Origin: Thermoplasmatota archaeon
GTDB taxonomy: Archaea; Thermoplasmatota; Penumbrarchaeia; Penumbrarchaeales; EX4484-36
DNA: 64,000 nucleotides
Reading direction: 5' to 3'
NCBI GenBank assembly: GCA_029932465.1
Contig: JAOZQA010000003.1
Location: forward strand, 6,477-70,476
Shown: positions 38,556 to 46,404 of the stretch, in pieces
Layout: each line of letters begins with the position of its first letter
How positions within the stretch are numbered: position 1 is the stretch's first letter
Notes under the pieces: generated by a model
The model's database searches: none
Seen by the model: only the letters and a program-made list of their open reading frames with translations
Told to the model about the DNA's origin: nothing
Program-made: the position numbers and the translations under genes

Positions 38556-39160
38556 AGGCCACTACCGTTGAGATAGTGGGCGTTGGCGGTCAGGGGGCCC
38601 TTTTCGTCGCCGGCATAATAGGTAACGCTGCCATTGAAGACGGCTTGCACGTCCTTATGTCTGAGATTCACGGAATGGCTCAGAGGGGTGGGGTGGTTTC
38701 CACCGTCATAAGGATAGGGGAGGAGGTCCACTCCCCCCTCTCTTTTTCCGACGATGTGGACGTACTTCTCGGCTTCGAACCAGTGGAGGTCTATCGTGCT
38801 CGGGGGAGGCTCTCTAAGAAGACCGTTGTGATCATGAGTACAGACAGGGTAGTGCCCTTCACGGTGACAGCGGGATTGCAGGAGTACCCCTCGGTGGAGG
38901 AGGTTGTGGAGGAGATAAAGAGCAGGATACCTAACGTAATTACGCTCTCCTCAAGGGAGCTTGCCCTCAAGGCGGGAAATGCCCTAACCCAGAACGTTGT
39001 CATGCTGGGCGCCTTAAGTGCGTGCGGGCTTCTCCCAATCAAAAGGGAGACCCTGATAGAGACCCTGAAGAAGAGAGTGAAGAGGAACTACGTCGATGTC
39101 AACCTTCGGGCATTTGAACTTGGAGAGGAAATGATGCGCGGCTGCGAGATAAAAAGGTGA
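38552..39160 (+). CDS. iorB: Indolepyruvate:ferredoxin oxidoreductase beta subunit
   Basis: VGGQGALFVAGIIGNAA N-terminus typical of IorB/POR-gamma-like subunits. ATGA overlap with iorA. Confidence 0.85.
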   Translation: MKATTVEIVGVGGQGALFVAGIIGNAAIEDGLHVLMSEIHGMAQRGGVVSTVIRIGEEVHSPLSFSDDVDVLLGFEPVEVYRARGRLSKKTVVIMSTDRVVPFTVTAGLQEYPSVEEVVEEIKSRIPNVITLSSRELALKAGNALTQNVVMLGALSACGLLPIKRETLIETLKKRVKRNYVDVNLRAFELGEEMMRGCEIKR

Positions 39161-39608
39161 ATACCCGCCAGAGCTCGAAGACTTAACATCTTTTCCAGCT
39201 CCTGACGAGAGGGTTCTGGGGGTATGTTTCATTATTTTATTCCTGAGAAGGTGTCTGTTGGCACCGCTTGCATTCCCTGGACGGAAACATCCTGGGGCTA
39301 TTTCACATTTCCGCATATGGTCCAGGGATGCCTGATTAAGGAACAATTTTAAGGGTGTAGCATCCACTGCAGTCTCCTGAAATAGGGAGGTGGTTAAGTT
39401 GACATCCTCACCCTCACAACAGAAAACTCCATATACTGTTGAAATCATACCTTCTTTAACGGTGCTTTGCAGGCACTGAGTAGGATGGTGTGTAGGGGAA
39501 GGTGGGGGGTGAGGGTTAAACGCAATTGGCATATAACTTTGCCAGATAAAGGGGTGAGTAAGGTATTGGAGGTGATGATAAGTACGTGTTAATATAAGAG
39601 GGGTAGGG

Positions 39609-40895
39609 ATGAATATGACTGAGAATAGGAATGGTATTGTGGGTAGAGAGGGTGTTAAACGTATATTTGCGATCCCCCCTCCAAGTTATATCTTCTTAAT
39701 TGTTTTACTATTAGTTATTACCCCAGTTGCGATGGGAGATATGAATCAGGATGACAGAACGGTATTCACGGATGCCTCTGGGGATGTTTTTTCCGTCATG
39801 GAGGCAACATCAGTGACTTTCGGAGACTTTATAGATATCACAAGGGTTGAGGAATGGGTGAATGCAGGTCAGATCCGCTTTGAGGTCACATTTGGCTCCA
39901 GAGCAGTGGTTGTTCTGGACCCGGACACCGAAGACAATCTCTTCCCGGAGTACAGACTCTATATAGACGTTGACGGTGATCAGATGGCAGACTTTATATG
40001 TGTGGCATACGCCCCACAATATGTCTACAACGGCTATAACACGTTTCTTATGAGGGTGAAGGATAACCACGCCTATTACTTCAACTCAACGGGGAACGGT
40101 ACTAATACTCTTCACATCGCCTTCCCCATTGAGTATCTCGGGACTCCCTCCTTCGTTGACTTCTACGCGGAGGCTAGAATATCCTTTTTATCCGACTATG
40201 CCGTTGATTACTGTCCTGACCTGGGATTTGGCTACAACTACAAGGCACTTCCGGGGGAGGAGAACCCGACGGATTCTTCTGTCCGTATAACGATAGACGA
40301 TAATGTAATTTACAGGGTGGAGGTAGAAGAGGAATTAGACGATACTGTACATCGGGGATATACTTATATAACGGGAAGTGCCGAGGGGGCAGATCACGTC
40401 AGGATATGTTTTGAAAAACACTACAGTGATGGGACGGTAAGGGTCAGCGGTTGGATTGGGGAGTTTGATGAGAACAAGTTAGACAACTGGACAAGAAGTA
40501 TGTACGGTATGGAAAAGTACCACTTCACCTTTGAAGATGGGAGGTGGGAGTACTTGGTGAAGTGGGAGCTTTCAGAGAAAGAGGCACCCCTCAGCCTGAG
40601 ATATAAAGAAGATCTGAAATTGAAGTATGTTGTTATATGGGTGAGGGCATATAGTGATGAGGGGGAGAGTAAGTGGAATCAGGCGTCAATAAGGTTGAAT
40701 ATGGTGGAGACTGGACGTGGAGGGTATGAGGGGGTGGTTGGAAATGGGGAAAGTGGTAGAAGAACTTTATACTTCTACGCCATCATCATCGAAGGGATCC
40801 TTATAGTTGTAGCAGTGATTTACGCGTTTATATATAAAATGAGAACAAAAGGAAAGAAGGAAAATTCCGGTGCAACGACAGATGAGTCCGGGTGA
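39609..40895 (+). CDS. Hypothetical type-I membrane protein (signal/anchor, Tyr/Asp-rich ectodomain, C-terminal TM + basic tail). Atypical low-GC codon usage.
   Basis: N-terminal IFAIPPPSYIFLIVLLLVITPVAMG. C-terminal LYFYAIIIEGILIVVAVIYAFIY then KMRTKGKK. Strong SD AGAGGGGTAGGG. A/T-ending codons, unlike neighbouring genes. Confidence 0.5.
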   Translation: MNMTENRNGIVGREGVKRIFAIPPPSYIFLIVLLLVITPVAMGDMNQDDRTVFTDASGDVFSVMEATSVTFGDFIDITRVEEWVNAGQIRFEVTFGSRAVVVLDPDTEDNLFPEYRLYIDVDGDQMADFICVAYAPQYVYNGYNTFLMRVKDNHAYYFNSTGNGTNTLHIAFPIEYLGTPSFVDFYAEARISFLSDYAVDYCPDLGFGYNYKALPGEENPTDSSVRITIDDNVIYRVEVEEELDDTVHRGYTYITGSAEGADHVRICFEKHYSDGTVRVSGWIGEFDENKLDNWTRSMYGMEKYHFTFEDGRWEYLVKWELSEKEAPLSLRYKEDLKLKYVVIWVRAYSDEGESKWNQASIRLNMVETGRGGYEGVVGNGESGRRTLYFYAIIIEGILIVVAVIYAFIYKMRTKGKKENSGATTDESG

Positions 40896-41373
40896 TGAAC
40901 TGATTTGAACTTCTGGAGACCAGTAAGGGATCAGGTGGAGAGGGGTTAGAGTTCAAGATTTTTGTTCTGGGTGGTCTGGTTCTTATGATGTGCATTGTGG
41001 CTGTTATTCTATATTATAGAAAGTGGGGTTTTCATAAGAGATGAAGTAGTGTAAGAAGGGCGAAAATTCTTCGTGTTAGGATAGAAAAAAAATATACCAG
41101 CGGATCCATTCATTTCAGTATGTAGGAGCGGTACGCGTGGAGGCGGGGAGGTTAGGTTGTTGCAGTTGAGATGAGGTGGGGAATTGCTGAGAGGAGGGGG
41201 ATAACGGTTTGGTGGTGTTATTCTTAACACTACAGCAGTGGCTAAATATGGGAAAAAATCAGGTTGTTGTTAATAGCCTAAGTGGGAGATCTTTTTAACA
41301 CAAAATGAGGGGATAGCGAGGGGTTACAACATCAGCCTCAAGACAGTGAGATTTTGAACGCTTAAATTAGTAC

Positions 41374-43197
41374 CTAGGAGGACGTTGTGAGATAGACTAC
41401 CTCTCCTATAAGGTTCCATGAGTTCCCTGAGTCCTGCCACGTGATGATTCCAAGCGGTCCCCGGGAGGTGATAGGACCTGCTGAGATGCAGGAAATCTCC
41501 ACCTTCCAGACCCCTCCGGTGCCCTCCCCTATGTATCTGATCTCAATCCTTCCGTCAGAGGCGGTTCTCTCCTCCACCACGTCGTTCCCCGGGGAGATGA
41601 GCCGAAGAGAAAACTCGTCTGGTTCGTTTCTCTGGTATGCCCTCACGGGCTCATCCTGCCAGAGGAGAGTGAGGTTGATGTGGAGCACACATCCTGTTAT
41701 GTTGTAAGAAAAAGTGCTCACCTCGCCCTCAGCAGTGTAGCCGCTCTCACTCAAATCCATCCGAAAAGCTTCCTCCACCGCCTGCTGGGAAGGGGCCTTC
41801 TCACCCTCGGGAGGGTAGTAGGTGGATGTGCCCATGGCATAGGAGCCGAGGAGCAGAACCGGGATGAGAAGGACTGCAAGGGTCAGTGCGGAGCGGGACT
41901 CCAGAGAGGAGGGTCTCCTAGCCCTCCTCAGGACTTCTTCCACAGCGAGATGTCTGTCTTCATAGGCTACCATCCTTCTACCCAGGGTGTTATTATACAC
42001 GATAAAGGTTATCAGGGTGAGGAGGCCTATGGAGGCGATGATGCCCCAGAAGAACTTCACCATATGCCAGCCCTCGGCAACGTACTGGAAGAGATAGGCA
42101 CCTACCATATTCCCCAGGGTTATCCCCACCATCGAAGGCAGGAAGGTTGCACCCATGTAGATGGCCATTTTTTCTTTCGGTGCAAGCTTTGATATGTAGC
42201 TCAAAAATGCCGGGGCCACGATGAACTCTCCGATGGAAAGGACGATGATCCCAATGACGAAGGCATAGAAGTCGAGTATGAAGCCGAGGACACAAATGCC
42301 TATGATGTATATTATAACCCCGGTGAGCATCGCCTTTAAAGTGTCCACCTTCTCCACGGCCTTACTTAGGAGGGGACCTGCCAGGACTATGGTCAGTGGG
42401 TTGAACACCGCTACACCTGCTGGCGGAAACCATGCGGGGAGCACACCGAACTCAAGCCCGTGGAGGACCACCACAACGTTGTTCATAGCGTACATGAACC
42501 AGAAGCCCGCTATGATGAGAAGTAAAACGGCGAACTTCAGGTCCCTAACAACCTCCCAGATATTTAGGACGGATCTCTTCACAGTGAGTGTGCGGTCGGG
42601 CTCAGTCGCATCTTTGAAGAAAAAGAAGCAGAGGACAAAGTCCGCGAATAGAAGGGATGAGGCTACGTAATAGGCGTAGACGTAGGCGGAGCGGGGGAAT
42701 GTGAAAGCGAAGATAGCCGGTGTTATGGCGGCTCCAAGGTTCACCACCCAATAGTAGAGGCTGAAGGCTAGGTTTCTCTCCTCAGTCGGCGTAGCCTTCC
42801 CGATGGTTGAGGAGATAAGGGGTTTGTAGGAGCCTATGCCGAAACCTATAGCCATATAACCAAGAACGAGAAGCTCGAAGGATGTGAGGCGGGGGATGAG
42901 GAAATAGACTGTGGAGAGGAAGCCGAAGGCGAAGAGCATCTGCCTTCTGTACCCGAACTTCTCTGCCAGGGCCCCACTGAATATGGGGAGGAGATAGAGG
43001 AAGGGCATCATCACTCCTGTTATGACCCCTACCCTTCCGGCAGGGATGCCGAGGGTGTACCTGGCGTAGTAGGGCAATATGGCCAGCATACCATAGTAGG
43101 CCGCCCTCTCCATAAGCTCAAAGGTGATGACCACCCAGAATATGGGGGGGAGCTTCTCAAAGAGCTTGATTCTCTTCAAGGAGTTCGTGGAGGGCAT
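41374..43197 (-). CDS. POT/PTR2-family proton-dependent oligopeptide transporter with two extra TMs and a ~180-aa C-terminal extracytoplasmic domain
   Basis: POT signature FELMERAAYYGM in TM1/2. 12-TM MFS core. Then TMs ASIGLLTLITFIVY and ALTLAVLLIPVLLLG, and a soluble sequon-bearing C-terminal domain. Confidence 0.7.
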   Translation of the reverse strand: MPSTNSLKRIKLFEKLPPIFWVVITFELMERAAYYGMLAILPYYARYTLGIPAGRVGVITGVMMPFLYLLPIFSGALAEKFGYRRQMLFAFGFLSTVYFLIPRLTSFELLVLGYMAIGFGIGSYKPLISSTIGKATPTEERNLAFSLYYWVVNLGAAITPAIFAFTFPRSAYVYAYYVASSLLFADFVLCFFFFKDATEPDRTLTVKRSVLNIWEVVRDLKFAVLLLIIAGFWFMYAMNNVVVVLHGLEFGVLPAWFPPAGVAVFNPLTIVLAGPLLSKAVEKVDTLKAMLTGVIIYIIGICVLGFILDFYAFVIGIIVLSIGEFIVAPAFLSYISKLAPKEKMAIYMGATFLPSMVGITLGNMVGAYLFQYVAEGWHMVKFFWGIIASIGLLTLITFIVYNNTLGRRMVAYEDRHLAVEEVLRRARRPSSLESRSALTLAVLLIPVLLLGSYAMGTSTYYPPEGEKAPSQQAVEEAFRMDLSESGYTAEGEVSTFSYNITGCVLHINLTLLWQDEPVRAYQRNEPDEFSLRLISPGNDVVEERTASDGRIEIRYIGEGTGGVWKVEISCISAGPITSRGPLGIITWQDSGNSWNLIGEVVYLTTSS

Positions 43198-43302
43198 ACG
43201 GCGCTGAAGGGGAGAATGTTATTTAAAGGATTATCCCGACCTTAAGCAAGTGAGGAGAGAACCTGAAAACGGTTAAATAGAACGCCCTCAATCACCGCAT
43301 CC

Positions 43303-44013
43303 GTGGAGGCTGAAAAGGAGGCAGGCTTCAGAAGGTTTCTCACAACGGACCTTCAGAAGAAAACGCGTGATATTATCATTTTTCAGCTTACCTTCCCCTT
43401 CCTTCTAAGCGCTCTCGGCATAATGATCCTGTATTACTACTGCTTCATCTTTTTGGACAAACACCTCTTTTTCGTTCTTGGAGGCTTTATGCTAGCATAC
43501 TTCTTTCCCCCTGCTGGAAAAGAGTCTGTCATACCCATTGCCATATCTCAGGGGATCCCTTACTACTTAATTGCCCTCTCTCTTACCTTCATAGATTCTA
43601 TGGTCTCCCTCTTCCTCATCTGGAACTACGACTATGCCAAGAAGATACCCTTCTTCGGACACCTGCTCAGGCTCGTTGAAAGAAGGGGGAGGAAGGTTAT
43701 CTCTCAGTCAAGGATCCTCTCCAAGTTTGCCTTCACGGCGCTGGTTCTCTTCGTGATGATCCCCTTTCAAGGCACTGGGGGGGCCGGTGCCACCGTGATA
43801 GGGCGGTTGATCGGAATGAACCCTTATAAGGTGTTAGCCGCCGTTGTGACAGGTGCTCTGCTCGGCACCTTTCTTATAGGCTTCCTCTCGAGCAACATTT
43901 TAAAATACGTAAAATTGGGGGCCCTTGGGGTGGTGGTGGTTATACTTGCAGCTATCGCAGCTTATAACGCTTATACCTACGTCAAGGAGAAAAGAGAGGA
44001 GGCCGGAAGATGA
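43303..44013 (+). CDS. COG2426-type small membrane protein (putative small multidrug-export-like)
   Basis: Four or five TMs and a PFQGTGGAGATVIG motif resembling the P-x-PGTG-WTG signature. GTG start lies ~27 nt after the TATA-like TTAAATAG (leaderless). Confidence 0.4.
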   Translation: MEAEKEAGFRRFLTTDLQKKTRDIIIFQLTFPFLLSALGIMILYYYCFIFLDKHLFFVLGGFMLAYFFPPAGKESVIPIAISQGIPYYLIALSLTFIDSMVSLFLIWNYDYAKKIPFFGHLLRLVERRGRKVISQSRILSKFAFTALVLFVMIPFQGTGGAGATVIGRLIGMNPYKVLAAVVTGALLGTFLIGFLSSNILKYVKLGALGVVVVILAAIAAYNAYTYVKEKREEAGR

Positions 44014-44969
44014 CAGGAAAAAGAGTTCTGGTTACCGGAGGGGCAGGCTTCATCGGAAGCCATCTGGTTGAGGAGCTCCTCAAGAGGGGAAGAGAGGTTG
44101 CTGTCGTCGATGACCTCTCCGCGGGCAAGCTAGAATACCTTGAGGGAGTGATGGACCACCCGAATATGGATTTCCATAAATTGGACATCCTCAGAACCGA
44201 GGAGCTGAAGGAGTTTATGGGGGGGGTGGAGGTGGTCTACCACCTAGCCGCCAACCCGGAGGTGAGAATCGGCGAGAGCGACACCTGGATACACATCGAG
44301 CAGAATCTTCTCGCCACAAGAAGTGTCCTTGAGGCCATGAAGGAGTCAGGAAGGGCGCGGACCATACTCTTCACCTCAACGTCCGCGGTCTACGGAGATG
44401 CGGAAGTGATACCAACCCCTGAGACCTACGCCCCGCTGTTTCCCATATCCCACTACGGCGCTTCAAAGCTTGGTGCCGAAGCTCTTCTTTCCTCCTACTC
44501 TCACTATTTTGGTTTCCACTCCCTTATATTCCGCTTCGCAAATTGCGTTGGCCCAAGGCTTACCCACGGAGTTATCTACGATTTTGTAAATAAGTTGAGG
44601 CGGAACCCTCAAGAGCTTGAAATACTGGGGGACGGCACCCAGAGGAAGTCCTATGTGCACGTGAAGGACTGCGTTGAGGCCATGCTCGTTGCGGAGAAAA
44701 GGTGCTCCAGGCAGGTGGACGTTTTCAACATAGGCTCCGACGATTGGGTGGACGTGAAGAGGATCGCAGAGATAGTTGTGGAGGCCATGGGCCTTGAGGG
44801 TGTGCGATTTAAATACAGAAAAGTGACGGAGGACGGCAGAGGCTGGAAGGGTGATGTGAAGTTCATGAGGCTGGACAACTCCAAGATAAAATCGCTGGGA
44901 TGGAGGCCCACCTTCACCTCCGAGGAGGCCGTAAGGGAGACAGCCCTCTACGTGGCATCGCTTCAGTAG
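44010..44969 (+). CDS. NAD-dependent epimerase/dehydratase (extended SDR, GalE/WbpP-like)
   Basis: VLVTGGAGFIGSHL Rossmann motif and catalytic YGASK. ATGA overlap with the upstream membrane-protein gene. Confidence 0.8.
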   Translation: MTGKRVLVTGGAGFIGSHLVEELLKRGREVAVVDDLSAGKLEYLEGVMDHPNMDFHKLDILRTEELKEFMGGVEVVYHLAANPEVRIGESDTWIHIEQNLLATRSVLEAMKESGRARTILFTSTSAVYGDAEVIPTPETYAPLFPISHYGASKLGAEALLSSYSHYFGFHSLIFRFANCVGPRLTHGVIYDFVNKLRRNPQELEILGDGTQRKSYVHVKDCVEAMLVAEKRCSRQVDVFNIGSDDWVDVKRIAEIVVEAMGLEGVRFKYRKVTEDGRGWKGDVKFMRLDNSKIKSLGWRPTFTSEEAVRETALYVASLQ

Positions 44970-44973
44970 CGCT

Positions 44974-45939
44974 TCAGCCTATCTTCCCCCCGGAGAGGTA
45001 GCTTAACCTAGCCAGGAAGGCCTCCAGCTGTATCCTCTCCGAACCCCCCTCCACGATGCGGTATTCGCACTCCGAGAGGGCTTCTATAATCTTCACCTTC
45101 ATATCGTCGGGAAAGGTCATTCTGTATATTTCACGGTGGAGTTGCTTTATCAGGTCTTCCCCCCCCATCCCATAGGTGTTGAAAATCTCGGAGAGGGTGT
45201 TCCTAGCATCCACAAACCTCCCCTCTGCCGCGTCGGTGAGGAGCTTTCTCACCTCCTCGGGCCTTGCGGTGGAGGTGCTTTTGTAGAGCACCTCGGGGTC
45301 TATTTTATTTGAGAAGCTCGCTGCTACCTGAAGGGTGTTTATGGCCTTCCTCATGTCGCCTTCGGATATGTAAAGCAGGGTATCCAAGGCATCATCTGTT
45401 ATCTCAAGACCCTCTTTCTCTGCTATTCTCAGCATCAGCTTTTTCACGTCCTCTGCCCTCAGTTTGGTGAAGCGGAAGACGGCACACCTCGACTGGATGG
45501 GGTCAATGATCTTCGAGGAGTAGTTGCAGGAGAGTATGAACCTGCAGGTGCTGGAGTACCTCTCCATGGTTCTCCTCAAGGCTGCCTGGGCATCCGCAGT
45601 TAAGGCGTCGGCCTCATCAAGGAAGAGTATCTTGAATCGCGCCTCCCCGAAAGGGGCTGTCCTGGCGAAATCCTTTATCTTAGTCCTTACGATCTGTATC
45701 CCCCGCTCATCGGAGGCGTTGAGCTCCTGGAAGTTCTGCCTCCAGAGCTCCTCACCGTACATCTCCCTTGCCAAGGCTATGGCACAGGTGGTTTTCCCCG
45801 TGCCAGCAGGTCCCACAAAGAGGAGGTGGGGCATGTTTTTTATCTTAACGTAGGACTTCAGCCTCTTGACGATCTCCTCCTGTCCTACCACCTCCTCTAG
45901 AGTCTTGGGCCTGTACTTCTCTGTCCATATCTCCTGCAT
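44974..45939 (-). CDS. rfcS: Replication factor C small subunit
   Basis: KYRPKTLEEVVGQEE, GPAGTGKTT, DEAD-type Walker B LDEADALT, SRC-like motif; 321 aa. Confidence 0.9.
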   Translation of the reverse strand: MQEIWTEKYRPKTLEEVVGQEEIVKRLKSYVKIKNMPHLLFVGPAGTGKTTCAIALAREMYGEELWRQNFQELNASDERGIQIVRTKIKDFARTAPFGEARFKILFLDEADALTADAQAALRRTMERYSSTCRFILSCNYSSKIIDPIQSRCAVFRFTKLRAEDVKKLMLRIAEKEGLEITDDALDTLLYISEGDMRKAINTLQVAASFSNKIDPEVLYKSTSTARPEEVRKLLTDAAEGRFVDARNTLSEIFNTYGMGGEDLIKQLHREIYRMTFPDDMKVKIIEALSECEYRIVEGGSERIQLEAFLARLSYLSGGKIG

Positions 45940-45945
45940 CTATCT

Positions 45946-46404
45946 TCACCCCTTCTCCTTTCGATACTTTTCAATCTTCCCCCTTCTCCTTATCCTCTTC
46001 TCATCGTTTAAGGGCTCCGTCTGAAGCCACTCCTTCACGATGGACCAGGCGAGCTCAGGGCCGACGACCCTTCCTCCCAGACAGAGCACGTTGGCCGCGT
46101 TGTGCAGCCGACTCATCCTTGCCATATACTCGTTGGTGCAGAGGGCGGCGATCACGCCTTCCACAAGGCTGGCAGCGTTGCACATTCCTATGCCGGTCCC
46201 GCATATGAGTATCCCCCCCTCCGCCTCCCCCCGGGAGACCTTCTCCGCCGCCTTGAAGGCAATATCCGGGTAGTCTACATCCTTGAACTCCATCGTTCCC
46301 ACGTCTTCCAAGAGGTAGCCCTCATCCTCGAGTCTTTCTTTAAGGAATTCCTTCAGGTGGTATCCGCCGTGGTCTGCACCTATGACTATCCTTTTCATTA
46401 TCAC
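45946..46404 (-). CDS. rpiB: Ribose-5-phosphate isomerase B (RpiB/LacAB family)
   Basis: IGADHGG, GILICGTGIGMCNAA with catalytic Cys; ~150 aa. Confidence 0.8.
   Translation of the reverse strand: MIMKRIVIGADHGGYHLKEFLKERLEDEGYLLEDVGTMEFKDVDYPDIAFKAAEKVSRGEAEGGILICGTGIGMCNAASLVEGVIAALCTNEYMARMSRLHNAANVLCLGGRVVGPELAWSIVKEWLQTEPLNDEKRIRRRGKIEKYRKEKG

Noticed and set aside
39014-39532. 172-aa minus-strand ORF in the spacer upstream of the low-GC gene
   Set aside because: It overlaps the iorB 3' end in antisense and has no start signals. Its composition is like non-coding spacer. I treated the region as non-coding, possibly regulatory.
40980-41200. Possible C/D-box sRNA (AUGAUGU ... CUGA) in the purine-rich spacer
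   Set aside because: The boxes are degenerate. I could find no terminal stem or guide complementarity. It is kept only as a generic possible-ncRNA finding.
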